Origin: Candidatus Krumholzibacteriota bacterium
GTDB lineage: Bacteria; Krumholzibacteriota; Krumholzibacteriia; JACNKJ01
Assembly (NCBI GenBank): GCA_016933175.1
Contig: JAFGBK010000081.1
Location: forward strand, 3,640-67,639
Direction of reading: 5' to 3'
Length of the DNA: 64,000 nt
Shown here piece after piece: positions 19,212 through 29,115 of the stretch. Under the pieces are notes generated by a model, which saw nothing but the letters and a program-made list of their open reading frames with translations, did not search any database and was not told the origin of the DNA. The number at the start of each line of letters is the position of its first letter. Within the stretch, counting starts at the first letter, position 1. A program made the position numbers and the translations under genes.

Positions 19212-20765
19212 TCATCTCAGCACTCCGAAGCGCTGGAGGAAGCCCTCCACGTCGGAGAGGTTGTTACCGTAGCCGTGGGCGAGGCTGATGGGAAAGACGA
19301 GAAGCACCAGCTCGCCGCCCGTGTCGAAGTTCCGCCGCACGCCCACGGTTCCGTTCCAGAGGCTGCCGGGATAGACATCCTCCTTCTTCACCAGGTAGAG
19401 CCGCTGCGTCGTGCCGCTCGCCAGGGCCAGGGAGTCGGGCGCCATCAGGTCGATCCCGGCCAGGGGCGACATGTTCCTCAGGGTGTCGGTGCCCGCCGAC
19501 GCGTAGCCCAGGATCTCGCGTCCGGGATAGAGCCGCCGGTTGGAGGTGTTGTCTCCGCTGATGGTGGTGTCGTGGACATAGAGGCTGTCCAGCATGAGGA
19601 CGTCCGTCTCGAAGTCCGCCGACAGGCTCCCTCCCGAAATCTCACTGACGCTGGCCCCGACGAGGTTCCAGCCTGTGAGCAGGACCTTGCCGCCGTCTTC
19701 CAGATACGCGCGCAGACCCGCCTCGGCCTCGCTGATCTCCGCCGTCGGCGCGCTCACGTAGTAGGAATTCGCCGCGCCAGCGTCCCCATTATACCACAGC
19801 ACCGCCTCGAAGAGCGAGAAGATGGCATGGAGGTCGGAGGGGAGACCCAGGGGCCCGGCGGTCTCGAAGTCGTGGCGGTAGACCTCGCCGGCGGGGAAGA
19901 GCGCGGCCACGCTGGCCCAGAAGGCGTCGGCGGTGTTGCCGTAGCCGGAGTGCGTGTCGCAGGAGTCGAGGATCAGCGCCCGCACTCCCGACACGTCGCG
20001 GACGTGGGTGCTCGCGCTGAGCACGTTGCTGAGCCCGCCGCCCAGGTCCACGGCCTGGAGGTGGACGGTCAGATCGCGGCCCAGGGCGCCGAAGTCGTCG
20101 GCGGTGAGCATCAGCAGGGTGTCGCTGCCGGCGACGGCGACGTAGTCCAGGGAGTCCTCCAGCCAGAAGCGGATCTCATCGATGTAGGCGGTCTCGGAAC
20201 CCGCCCCGCCGGCCGGAGCGTCCGGATCGGCCACGCGGAACTGCAGGCTCAGCACCGGCAGGATGGTGTCGGGCAGGCTCAGGGTGCTGGTGGTGTCGCC
20301 CCCCACCACGGCCCACAGGTGCGGCGCCTCGTTCTCGACGCTGAAGGCGGCCCCAACGGGCGTGGGATCGGCGGCGCCGTCGTCGTCCACGGCGCGGACC
20401 TGGAAGCGATGGGTGAACGTGACCGGCCCCGCGCCGGCGGACGCGGGGACGGGCAGGTAGAAGACGCTGTCGGTGGTCGTCACGAAGGGCGCCACCACGC
20501 CGACCCAGCTGGTATCGAAGCCCGCCGCCGGCACGGCCGGATCGAGGGTCCACTTGAACTCGTAGCGCAGGACCTCGCCGTCCACATCCTCGCCGTGCCA
20601 GTGGAGGGCCTGCCGGTAGTGGGTGGTGTCCAGCCCCGTTCCCTCGTCCACGAAGAGAAAGGTTTCGGGCGGCTGGTTGGGGCGCAGGCTTCCCTCCTCC
20701 GAACAGCCGGCGCCCAGAAGCGCGGCGAGGAGGACGGCGAGGACGAGGTGCGGTACGTATCGCAT
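19212..20765 (-). CDS. Hypothetical lipoprotein with an FN3/Ig-like N-terminal domain
   Basis: Start MRYVPH, lipobox GAGC, NQPPET...W.GED.DG...FQVRAVDDDGAADPTP. Confidence 0.75.
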   Translation of the reverse strand: MRYVPHLVLAVLLAALLGAGCSEEGSLRPNQPPETFLFVDEGTGLDTTHYRQALHWHGEDVDGEVLRYEFKWTLDPAVPAAGFDTSWVGVVAPFVTTTDSVFYLPVPASAGAGPVTFTHRFQVRAVDDDGAADPTPVGAAFSVENEAPHLWAVVGGDTTSTLSLPDTILPVLSLQFRVADPDAPAGGAGSETAYIDEIRFWLEDSLDYVAVAGSDTLLMLTADDFGALGRDLTVHLQAVDLGGGLSNVLSASTHVRDVSGVRALILDSCDTHSGYGNTADAFWASVAALFPAGEVYRHDFETAGPLGLPSDLHAIFSLFEAVLWYNGDAGAANSYYVSAPTAEISEAEAGLRAYLEDGGKVLLTGWNLVGASVSEISGGSLSADFETDVLMLDSLYVHDTTISGDNTSNRRLYPGREILGYASAGTDTLRNMSPLAGIDLMAPDSLALASGTTQRLYLVKKEDVYPGSLWNGTVGVRRNFDTGGELVLLVFPISLAHGYGNNLSDVEGFLQRFGVLR

Positions 20766-20797
20766 GCTTCGCGTTCCGGCTCGGCTGCCGCGGCAGC

Positions 20798-23077
20798 TCA
20801 TTTCAGCACGAGGAACTTGCCCTGCTGGCAGTCCCCCCCGTCCCGGTCCGTGACCGAGAAGAGGTAGAGCCCCGTGGCGACGGGCTGCCCGTTGTGGCTG
20901 AGCAGGTCCCAGGCCGCCATGGTGCCCGGCAGCACCGGCGGCGACTCCCCTTCGGCCCCCGCGAAGACGCCGGCGGCGTTGGCGCCGGTGTAGGTGTCGC
21001 GGTCGAAGTCGATCTCGGCCACCAGGTCGCCGGCCAGGGTGAAGATCTTGATGTCGGCCCGGGCCGGGAGGCCGGCGAACCAGACGTAGCGGCCGGTGGC
21101 CCGGTTGGCGTCCCAGACGGCGCTGCCCCGGTAGGGATTGGGGAAGACCGTCACCTTCTGCCCCGCCGGCTGCTGGTCGGGCGCGCGGCCGGGCACCACG
21201 TGCTTCACGTTCTGGCCGATGCCGCTCTCGAGGCTGGGCGTCTCGGGATTGCCCATGTCGTAGCTGGTGACGGCCGCGTAGTAGTGATGGCCGTCGGCGA
21301 CCGGCGCCAGGGTAAAGGCGTACTTGTAGACCGTCGTGTCGCTGCCGGCGATCTCCGTGACCCACTCCGCTTCGTCCAGGCGCACGGCGTCGAAGCCCGT
21401 GTTGTAGCCCACGGAGTCGGGCTCCGTGACCAGGAAGGGCTCCCCGGCGCCGGCATGGTAGGTGTAGGCGCCCGCCGGCCACTCGCCGTCGAGGACCTGC
21501 TGCTCGGTGTCGTAGGCGGGATCGGCGGCGATCTCGGCGTCCAGCCAGGCCTGGGTGAAGTAGGCGTCCGTGTCCGGGTTCTTGGCCGGGATGCGCGCCA
21601 GGTCGTACTGCTTCACCAGGTCGAAGGAGGCCTCCTCGTCGCTGCGGCCCACGTAGAGGCGGTAGCCCTCGAAGTCGTAGTCGCGCGTGACGGCGTCCAC
21701 GCTGGCCTCGGGCTCATCGTCCCAGAGGATGCGCAGGCTGCCGCGGCCCGGCTCGACGCGCACCCGCGGCGAGAAGGGCGGCGTCGGCACGGTGAAGTTG
21801 AAGCTGTAGACCTTCTGGGCGTAGAGGGCGTTCTGGACCAGGTCGTCGAAGTTGTCGCCCGCCAGGAAGGCGACGGAGACGACGAGGCTGTCGGGATCCT
21901 GGCCGGGTCCGCCGGAGTAGAGGTTCCAGGGACCGACGCTGATGAGCTGGATGGGGCTGTCGCCCGAGCTGTCCGGCGAGGGCATGATGGTCGACCAGTC
22001 GTCGACGCCGTCCTCGGTCAGGAGGGGGTACTTCTCCACGTCGTTGTCGCGCTGGTAGCTGCCGGGCTCCCAGTCCCACCAGCGCCAGGCCACGCGCCAC
22101 TCGCCCTCCTCCTGCCACTCGCCGCCGGCGGGCTTGTGCTTCACGCCGAGCAGCTTGATGCCCGCGTGCTGGGGCGCGCCTTCCTGTTCGCCTCTCCAGT
22201 GACACTCGGCCACCAGGTTGAAGGGATCCTCGCTGAGGCCGGCGTACTCCTCCTTATCGTCCACCCAGTAGAGATAATGATGGCAGAACCAGTTGGCGCT
22301 CGAGGGCGGCCAGTCGCCGAGGGGGTACTTGCCCTTCCAGCCCGTCGTCATCTCGGCGTAGACGCCCAGGTAGGCGTTCAGCAGGGTGCGCGTCGGCACG
22401 AGGGTCCACTTCACGAGGATCATGGCGTCCGCCGGCTCGTAGCTCCAGGCGTAGCTCTCCTGGGTGATGCGCAGGCCGCTGGCGCTGTGCCAGTCGTCGG
22501 TGTTGCCCTGCACCGGCGTGTGCTGGTGGTCGAGGGTGTCCAGGAAGGCCGTGACGAGGTCCTGCTCGCTGATGGCGTTCTGGGGATCGTAGTAGGGGCT
22601 GTTGGGCAGGGTGCTGCGCTCGCGGATCCAGCCCAGGTTGATCTCCGCCGCGGGGATGGAGACCGGCACGAACTCCGTGGGGCGGGTGTAGGTGCCCCAG
22701 TAGCCGTCCTGGACGCCGGTGGTGACGAGGGTGTCGAAGTCGGTGTTGATGCCGCCGATCCAGAGCCCGCCGCGGATCAGGTGGTCCACCTCCGAGCCCT
22801 TGGGATACTCCATGGAGGCGGCGCGCTCGGCGAAGTTGTTGCCCAGGAAGCCGTGGTTGGACACGGCCAGGGCCAGGTTGCCGGCGTTCTGCGTGCGGAA
22901 GACGAAGTCCAGGACCAGGTCCTCGCCGTCGCGGGCCCAGAAGGGCCCCGCCGCGGGCGGCGGCGCCGGATCGGGGTCGTCGTGGCTCGCGGGCGCGGTG
23001 CCCGCCAGGAGCAGGGCCCCCGCCAGGACGGCCAGCGCGCCGGCCCGGCGCCGCCCGGGCCTACTGGCGCTTCTCAT
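20798..23077 (-). CDS. Secreted protein with an FN3-like domain and a T9SS-type C-terminal sorting domain
   Basis: Signal peptide; DFEGYRLY and YYAAVTSYD FN3-like motifs; C-terminus VFPNPY...IKIFTLAGDLV...WDL....GQPVATGLYLF...GKFLVLK. Confidence 0.8.
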   Translation of the reverse strand: MRSASRPGRRRAGALAVLAGALLLAGTAPASHDDPDPAPPPAAGPFWARDGEDLVLDFVFRTQNAGNLALAVSNHGFLGNNFAERAASMEYPKGSEVDHLIRGGLWIGGINTDFDTLVTTGVQDGYWGTYTRPTEFVPVSIPAAEINLGWIRERSTLPNSPYYDPQNAISEQDLVTAFLDTLDHQHTPVQGNTDDWHSASGLRITQESYAWSYEPADAMILVKWTLVPTRTLLNAYLGVYAEMTTGWKGKYPLGDWPPSSANWFCHHYLYWVDDKEEYAGLSEDPFNLVAECHWRGEQEGAPQHAGIKLLGVKHKPAGGEWQEEGEWRVAWRWWDWEPGSYQRDNDVEKYPLLTEDGVDDWSTIMPSPDSSGDSPIQLISVGPWNLYSGGPGQDPDSLVVSVAFLAGDNFDDLVQNALYAQKVYSFNFTVPTPPFSPRVRVEPGRGSLRILWDDEPEASVDAVTRDYDFEGYRLYVGRSDEEASFDLVKQYDLARIPAKNPDTDAYFTQAWLDAEIAADPAYDTEQQVLDGEWPAGAYTYHAGAGEPFLVTEPDSVGYNTGFDAVRLDEAEWVTEIAGSDTTVYKYAFTLAPVADGHHYYAAVTSYDMGNPETPSLESGIGQNVKHVVPGRAPDQQPAGQKVTVFPNPYRGSAVWDANRATGRYVWFAGLPARADIKIFTLAGDLVAEIDFDRDTYTGANAAGVFAGAEGESPPVLPGTMAAWDLLSHNGQPVATGLYLFSVTDRDGGDCQQGKFLVLK

Positions 23078-24005
23078 AGTCGATGACCTTCCCCAGTTCG
23101 GGATCCGCGACGTAGACCTTGCCTTGGTTGAGGGTCACGGCGCTCGGCTGGCGCAGCACCTCGCGGTCGTCGGTGTTGACGCGCAGGGCGCTGGTCGGGT
23201 CGAGGTCGGCGTCGATCTCCCACAGGCTCGTGTCCGCCATGTCGAGGACGAAGAGGTTGTCGGCGTCGGCGACCAGGGCCACGGGATCCGCGAGCAGGTC
23301 GCTCAGGTACTCGAAGATCGGGCTCGCGACGCCCGCCGGGTCCAGCAGCTGGATGGTCTTCAGCCCGTCGTCGAGCAGGACGAGCTTGCCGGCCGCGAAG
23401 TCCAGGTCGCGCACGGTGGCGCCGGTGAGCTGGCTGGTCCAGGTGATCTGTCCGGCGGCCGCGAGGTGCAGGCTGCCGGGCGCGCCCGTCACCTGGTAGC
23501 GATAGATCTTGTTTGCCGCGCGGTCCGCGACGAAGACGCGGCCCTCGTCGTCGGCCGCCACGGCCGCCACGTCCTGCCAGGCGGGATCGCCATGGCTGAT
23601 CTCCACATCCAGGGGCTCGAGGAACTCGCCGCCGTCGTAGCCCTTGAGCAGGCCGTCGCCGGCGTCGTAGACCCACAGCCGACGGCCCAGATCCGTGCCG
23701 GCGGCGAGCAGGCGCGGCTCGACGAGTCCGTTGAACAGCTTCTTGTGCGAGGGCGTCACCAGGTCCTCGCGCTTGTAGGTCGGGTAGATGCTCAGGCTCT
23801 CGGCGTGCTGGATCACGTAGAAGATGCTCGTGCCGCGGTGGACCAGCATGTCCGTGGCGCCGTCGATGAGCCAGCGGTAGGTGATCTCGTAGCTCTCGTC
23901 ACCCACCACCTCGACGTTGGCGATCTGCTCGGGCAGCTCGGGCTTGAGGCCGCAGGCCGCCGCCAGCAGGAGGGGAAGCAGGATGCCGATGGCGGGTCGT
24001 CGCAT
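23061..24005 (-). CDS. Lipoprotein with NHL/beta-propeller repeats
   Basis: Lipobox AAAC; repeats VAADDEGRVFVADRAANKIY and VYVADPELGKV. Confidence 0.75.
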   Translation of the reverse strand: MRRPAIGILLPLLLAAACGLKPELPEQIANVEVVGDESYEITYRWLIDGATDMLVHRGTSIFYVIQHAESLSIYPTYKREDLVTPSHKKLFNGLVEPRLLAAGTDLGRRLWVYDAGDGLLKGYDGGEFLEPLDVEISHGDPAWQDVAAVAADDEGRVFVADRAANKIYRYQVTGAPGSLHLAAAGQITWTSQLTGATVRDLDFAAGKLVLLDDGLKTIQLLDPAGVASPIFEYLSDLLADPVALVADADNLFVLDMADTSLWEIDADLDPTSALRVNTDDREVLRQPSAVTLNQGKVYVADPELGKVIDYEKRQ

Positions 24006-24013
24006 GCTCGTCC

Positions 24014-25006
24014 TCAGAAGTCCACGCGGAAAGCCCCGCGGTGGATGGCACCGAGGCTGTTGCCGTCGGTGTAGGCGTAGTCCAGGCCGGCCATGGCGCC
24101 GCCCAGCATGAAGTTGGCGCCGAAGCCCGCCGAGAGGCCCATCTCGTCGGCCATGAAGTCGTAGCCCGCGCGCACGGCGAAGAGGCCGCCCAGGTAGGAC
24201 AGCTCCAGGCCCGTGGCCAGCGTCTCCGCGTTGTCGGAGAGGTGATTCATCTCCAGGGTCTGCGTGAGCAGCCAGGGGTGGCGATGCCAGGGCTCGAAGG
24301 CGACGCCCAGCTTGAAGGCGGCCGGCGGCGGGAAGCTCTCGTACTCCTCCGCCTTCTCCTCGACGTGGTTCCAGTAGCTGCCCGCGGGCGCGAACTCCGG
24401 GCCGAAGTTCTGGATGCTCATGCCGATGCGCAGGTTGCCGTACTCGATGCGGTAGAGGGTGCCCGCGTCCACCACCCAGGCGTTGGTGACGGGGCCGCCC
24501 ACCGAGCTGCCCAGGTCCTCGCGCACGTACTTCAGGGACAGCCCCAGCAGGAGACGGTCGGTCATGAAGCGCGCGAAGGACAGGCCCAGCACCCAGTCCG
24601 CGTAGCCGAAGCTGCGCCCCGTGCCGTACGGATGGTACTCGTCGGTCTCGTCCATCGTCGTGCTGAGGCTGCCGAACATGACGCCGAGGGTGCCGCCCAG
24701 TCGCGGCGCGGGCAGGGCCAGGATGAGGTTCCCGTAGTGGATGTCCGCCGGCCAGGCCACGTAGCTGGCGTAGACCTGGCGGTTGGCCAGCTGGCCGAGA
24801 CCGGCCGGGTTGTACCAGGCCGCCGCCGCGTCCGCGGCCACCGCCGACCAGGCGCCGCCCATGGCCGCCGCCTGCGGGCTGATGTCGATCTTCAGGAAGG
24901 TGCCGCTGCTCGTGGCCACGCGCAGGGCGCCGAGCTCCTGGCCGGCCAGGGCCGGCGAGGACGCCAGGAGCAGCAGCAGGACCAGGATGCCGCGCCGCGC
25001 CGCCAT
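24014..25006 (-). CDS. PorV/PorQ family outer-membrane beta-barrel (UPF0164-like)
   Basis: FLKIDISPQAAAMGGA, YNPAGL, DYAY, C-terminal FRVDF; ATG overlaps the TBDR stop. Confidence 0.85.
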   Translation of the reverse strand: MAARRGILVLLLLLASSPALAGQELGALRVATSSGTFLKIDISPQAAAMGGAWSAVAADAAAAWYNPAGLGQLANRQVYASYVAWPADIHYGNLILALPAPRLGGTLGVMFGSLSTTMDETDEYHPYGTGRSFGYADWVLGLSFARFMTDRLLLGLSLKYVREDLGSSVGGPVTNAWVVDAGTLYRIEYGNLRIGMSIQNFGPEFAPAGSYWNHVEEKAEEYESFPPPAAFKLGVAFEPWHRHPWLLTQTLEMNHLSDNAETLATGLELSYLGGLFAVRAGYDFMADEMGLSAGFGANFMLGGAMAGLDYAYTDGNSLGAIHRGAFRVDF

Positions 25007-27861
25007 CAGAAGCTCACTCCGACGCTGAACTTGAAGCGCCGCGGGCTGCCGTTGCGCGACGGATCGACCAGGCTCAGGGCGCGCGCCAGGGCGGCGTCGG
25101 GATCGTCCGGCGGCGTGGCGTATCTGCCGACACCCTCCTTGTAGGGCTCGCCCGTGACGGGATCGACGCTGCGCGGCTGGTCCCAGTCGAAGACGTTCCA
25201 GCCCTGGAGCGTCAGGTCGATGCGGTGGTTCCCCCAGTTGATCCACTTCTGGAGCTTCAGGTTCAGGTTCTGCTCGATGGGCCCGTTGCGGGAGTAGTCC
25301 TCGCCGATGGGGCTGCCGCCGATGTCCTCGGGCGTGTAGGCGCGGCCGGAGGAGAGGCTGTAGTAGGCGTTGAAGCCCCAGTGGCCGGGCAGCGGCAGGC
25401 CGAGCACCCGCGGGCCGCGGATGTCGCGCACCCGGAAGTCCATGGTCGCCGTCAGGCGGTGGGGCCGGTTCCACCAGAGGTAGCCCTCCGCCAGCTCGAC
25501 CTCGCCGGTGGCGCCGCCCACGTAGAGCTCGCGCTGGGCGTTGGGGTCGCTGCTCTTTCCCGTGGCGATGGAGTAGGTGTAGCTCAACGAACCCGACAGG
25601 TACTGGCCGCGTCGCTTGCGCAGGGACAGCTCGACGCCGCGGCTGCGGGCGTAGTCGCTGTTCCGGTAGAGGAAGTAGGTGGCCTCCTTGCTGCCCTCGA
25701 TGGGATCGTAGTACTGGACCGTGTACTGCTCGCTGGTCGGGTAGTTGAAGATGTCCTTGACGAAGACCGTCAGGTCGCCGGCCAGGCCCTCGGCGAAGGT
25801 GTGGCGGGCGCCCAGCTCGTACTGGATGGTGATCTTGGGATCGAGGTTGATGTTGCCCAGGTTGCCGAAGAGGTCCTCCACGCCGCTGGCCACGTGGGTG
25901 TAGACGTAGTAGTAGGTGGGCCACTGGCTGAAGTGGCCGTAGTTGAAGAAGAGGTTGTCGCGGTCCGTGATCGGGTAGCTGATGGCGATCCGCGGGCTGA
26001 TGGTGTACTTGAGCCGGTTGCCGAACAGCTCGGTCGTGTCGTCGAAGTACTGCTCCCCCACCTGCTCGCTGAACAGGTCCCCCGCCGTGCCGTCGATGGC
26101 GGCCTGGGCGGCGTCCGTGGCGAACTTGCCGGGGAACCAGAGGTCCGCGCGCAGCCCGAGGTTCGAGACGAAGCCCCGGTACTCGATGTCGTCCTGCACG
26201 TAGCAATAGGCCGTGGTCGGATGGACGCGGAAGACGTCCTTGCGGCCCAGGCCGTCCTCGCGGTGGATCCAGGGATCGCGGATCTCGACGTTCTGGATGG
26301 ACTCGTAGCCCACCGAGAAGCCCGTCTTGGCGTGGTGGTGCGGGTACCAGTGCTTGGTCAGGTCCCACTTGAGGGACCAGCGCTCCACGAAGCGGTCCCG
26401 GTACTGGTTGTAGTCCCCGTTCAGCGTGAAGTAGGGGTGGAAGATCCAGTCGTCGCCCTGGGCGGGATCCGGCCAGCTATAGGCCTGCGGTTCGTACTGC
26501 GCCAGGTAGGCGCGCAGGTCGTCGTTGGTGGGCAGCTGGGAGTCCTGGCGGATGCGGACGAAGAAGCGCGCCAGCTGCAGCTCGTGGAACATGGTGCTGC
26601 CGATGTTCTGGCGGTAGCGGATCGTGGCCGTGTTGCGGTCCTCCACGAAGGCGCTGTAGTGGTCCAGGTAGTTGGACCACCGGAAGGGATACCGGTTGCT
26701 CTCGCGCGTGAGATCGCTGATGTCGTGGCGGTCGAAGCCCTGGTCGAAGGCGAGGTACTTGGTGAGCGTCAGCGTGAACTTGTGATCCTTGTTGAGCTTC
26801 CAGGCCAGCTTGGCCATGAGGTTCCAGTCGTTGTTCTGGCGCGGCGCCGTCACGCCGGACCAGACGACGGGCAGGCCCAGGAAGCTGTCCTCGTAATGGA
26901 TGGCGAGGTTCCGCGCGCCGGCCGGCATCGTGCGGATGCTGGGGAAGCGCGTGTTCATCACCTCGCCCGAGAAGTTGGTGAAGAAGCTGAGCCGCTCGCC
27001 GGGGATCCAGCCGCCGCTGCCGGGGATGGGACCGCCGAACTGGAACTTGTAGGTATCCGTGAAGTAGTGCTCCCAATCCGTCTCGACGCCCGGCAGGTGA
27101 TCCACCCCGTACTCGGCGAAGCCGCTGTAGGTCTCGCCGCCCTCCTTGAGGGTGACGTTGATGACGCCGCCCATGGCGTCGCCGTACTCGGCGCGCCAGC
27201 CGCCGGTGATCAGGTCCAGGTTGGCCACGGACTTGGAGTCGATGCCCTTGGCGCTGCTCGTGCCGGCCAGGGCGTCCTTCATGGGCACGCCGTCCACGAG
27301 GACGAGCGTCTCGTCGGACCGGCTGCCGCGGATGTGGATCTCGTCGTCCTGCTTGACGACGCCCGGCTGGGCGACCACCACCTCCTCGACGGTCTCCACG
27401 GGCATGCGGGCGATGTCCTCGGCCGCGAGGGACTTGGCGCTGGCGGCCTCGGTGACGTCCACCAGGGGCCGCTCGCCGAAGACGGTGATCTTCTCCGTCT
27501 CGATGACGGTGGGTTCCAGCTCGAACTCCAGCTCGAGGTAGGTGCCGTCGCGCAGGCGGATCAGGGGCCGCTCGGACACCTTGTAGCCCATGTAGCTGGC
27601 CTTGATGGTGTAGGTGCCCGGCGGGATCTGCGTGATGATGAAGGTGCCGTCGTCCAGGCTCATGGCGCCGAAGGGCGTGCCGGCGACGATGATGTTGCCG
27701 TAGGGCAGGGGCCGGCCCGTGGCCAGGTCGGTCAGGCGGCCGGCGACGGTGGCGCCGGCCAGGGCCTCCCCCGCCAGGGCGATCAGCAGCAGCGCCGCGC
27801 CCGGGAGCAAGGCGCGCAGGGGGCGGCGCGGTCGGTGCGGGAGGCGGCGCGCAAGCGGCAT
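25006..27861 (-). CDS. TonB-dependent receptor with an N-terminal carboxypeptidase-regulatory-like domain
   Basis: Signal peptide, IPPGTYTIKASYMGY, plug HIRGSRSDE..VDG, TGGWRAEYG, ISPRIAISYPI, C-terminal GVSF. Confidence 0.9.
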   Translation of the reverse strand: MPLARRLPHRPRRPLRALLPGAALLLIALAGEALAGATVAGRLTDLATGRPLPYGNIIVAGTPFGAMSLDDGTFIITQIPPGTYTIKASYMGYKVSERPLIRLRDGTYLELEFELEPTVIETEKITVFGERPLVDVTEAASAKSLAAEDIARMPVETVEEVVVAQPGVVKQDDEIHIRGSRSDETLVLVDGVPMKDALAGTSSAKGIDSKSVANLDLITGGWRAEYGDAMGGVINVTLKEGGETYSGFAEYGVDHLPGVETDWEHYFTDTYKFQFGGPIPGSGGWIPGERLSFFTNFSGEVMNTRFPSIRTMPAGARNLAIHYEDSFLGLPVVWSGVTAPRQNNDWNLMAKLAWKLNKDHKFTLTLTKYLAFDQGFDRHDISDLTRESNRYPFRWSNYLDHYSAFVEDRNTATIRYRQNIGSTMFHELQLARFFVRIRQDSQLPTNDDLRAYLAQYEPQAYSWPDPAQGDDWIFHPYFTLNGDYNQYRDRFVERWSLKWDLTKHWYPHHHAKTGFSVGYESIQNVEIRDPWIHREDGLGRKDVFRVHPTTAYCYVQDDIEYRGFVSNLGLRADLWFPGKFATDAAQAAIDGTAGDLFSEQVGEQYFDDTTELFGNRLKYTISPRIAISYPITDRDNLFFNYGHFSQWPTYYYVYTHVASGVEDLFGNLGNINLDPKITIQYELGARHTFAEGLAGDLTVFVKDIFNYPTSEQYTVQYYDPIEGSKEATYFLYRNSDYARSRGVELSLRKRRGQYLSGSLSYTYSIATGKSSDPNAQRELYVGGATGEVELAEGYLWWNRPHRLTATMDFRVRDIRGPRVLGLPLPGHWGFNAYYSLSSGRAYTPEDIGGSPIGEDYSRNGPIEQNLNLKLQKWINWGNHRIDLTLQGWNVFDWDQPRSVDPVTGEPYKEGVGRYATPPDDPDAALARALSLVDPSRNGSPRRFKFSVGVSF

Positions 27862-27917
27862 CGTCGTCGGTCCCTCGAAGATGTCCCGCGGCGGGGGTGG
27901 ATCATGACCAGCAGGCG

Positions 27918-27946
27918 AAGCTAGCATAGCCCATGGGGCGAGTCAA
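27918..27946 (-). promoter_or_regulatory. Putative sigma70 promoter of the TBDR cluster
   Basis: TTGACT, 17 nt, TAGCTT with an extended TGn. Confidence 0.5.
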
Positions 27947-28038
27947 TCCGGCCGCCCCCGGCGCGCCCATCTTCATGAAAACTCCACATCGCGCGGGCGC
28001 CGGGCCACGCGGCGCGAGCCCGCGGCGGCCCCTCCGCG

Positions 28039-29115
28039 CTAGGCGGGATCGCACTCCGCGTCGCGGCCGAAGGCGTAGGGAGGCCGCAGCACGCCGCGCT
28101 CCGTGAGGAAGGCTGTCACCAGGTCGCCCGGGGTGACATCGAAGGCGGGATTGTAGACGGCCGCGCCCGGCGCCGCCGTCGCCCGCCCCGCCAGGTGCGT
28201 GACCTCCTCGGCGCCGCGCTCCTCGATGGGAACGGCCGCGCCATCGGGGGCCGATGGATCGAAGCTGGTCCAGGGCGCCGCCACGTAGAAGGGCGTGCCG
28301 GCGCGGGCGGCGGCCAGGGCGAGGGGCAGGGTGCCCAGCTTGTTGGCAGTGTCGCCGTTGGCCGCCACGCGGTCGGCGCCCACGATGACCGCATCCACCT
28401 TCCCCGCCAGGATCAGCCCCGGCCCGGCGCCGTCGGGCATCAGGCGCACCGGCACTCCCGCCTTGCCCAGCTCCCAGGCTGTCAGTCGGGCGCCCTGGAG
28501 GAGGGGCCGCGTCTCGCCGGCGTAGACGGTGAAGCGGCGGCCGCGCTCGTGCCCCCGCAGGATCACGCCCAGGGCCGTGCCGATGCCGCCGGTGGCCAGG
28601 GGACCCGCGTTGCAGTGGGTGACGAGGGTCGCCGCCTCCGGCAGCAGCGAGAGGCCCGCCGCCGCGATGTCCTCGCAGACCTGCCGCTCGTCGCGGTGCA
28701 GGGCCGCGGCCTCGGCCTCCAGGCGGTCCAGGAGATCCCCCGCCGTCGCCTTCGCGGCGGTCCGGCAGAAGGCGGACTCGGCCCGCTCCAGGCGGGTCAA
28801 GGCCGCCGGCAGGTTGACGGCCGTGGGCCGGGCCGCGCCCAGCCGGGCACGCGCGTCGGCCAGGGCCTCGCGCGCCGCCGTCAGGCCCGCCTCGGGATCG
28901 CGCGCCAGCAGGTCGGCCAGGGCCACGCAGAGGCCGTAGCCGGCCGCGATGCCGATGGCCGGCGCGCCGCGCACGGCCAGGCGGCCGATGGCCGCCGCCA
29001 CGGCCTCGGCGTCCCGGGCCTCCACGTGGGTCTCCTCCCAGGGCAGCCGCGTCTGGTCGAGGATGCGCAGCACGCCGCGGCGGTACTCGAGGTTGGGGGG
29101 GATGCCCGCGATCAT
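28039..29115 (-). CDS. mtnA: S-methyl-5-thioribose-1-phosphate isomerase
   Basis: LDQTRLP, VRGAPAIG, RPTAVNL, THCNAG, ETRPLLQGARLT, NGDTANK, NPAFDVTP. Confidence 0.95.
   Translation of the reverse strand: MIAGIPPNLEYRRGVLRILDQTRLPWEETHVEARDAEAVAAAIGRLAVRGAPAIGIAAGYGLCVALADLLARDPEAGLTAAREALADARARLGAARPTAVNLPAALTRLERAESAFCRTAAKATAGDLLDRLEAEAAALHRDERQVCEDIAAAGLSLLPEAATLVTHCNAGPLATGGIGTALGVILRGHERGRRFTVYAGETRPLLQGARLTAWELGKAGVPVRLMPDGAGPGLILAGKVDAVIVGADRVAANGDTANKLGTLPLALAAARAGTPFYVAAPWTSFDPSAPDGAAVPIEERGAEEVTHLAGRATAAPGAAVYNPAFDVTPGDLVTAFLTERGVLRPPYAFGRDAECDPA

Noticed and set aside
19214..19245. TCAGCACTC resembling a CIRCE half-site
   Set aside because: No matching second half at 9-nt spacing, and it lies in a coding 3' end.
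27900..27980. TCATGA/TTCATGAA palindromes around the TBDR promoter as operators or a riboswitch
   Set aside because: Too short to tell from chance, and no riboswitch consensus recognised.
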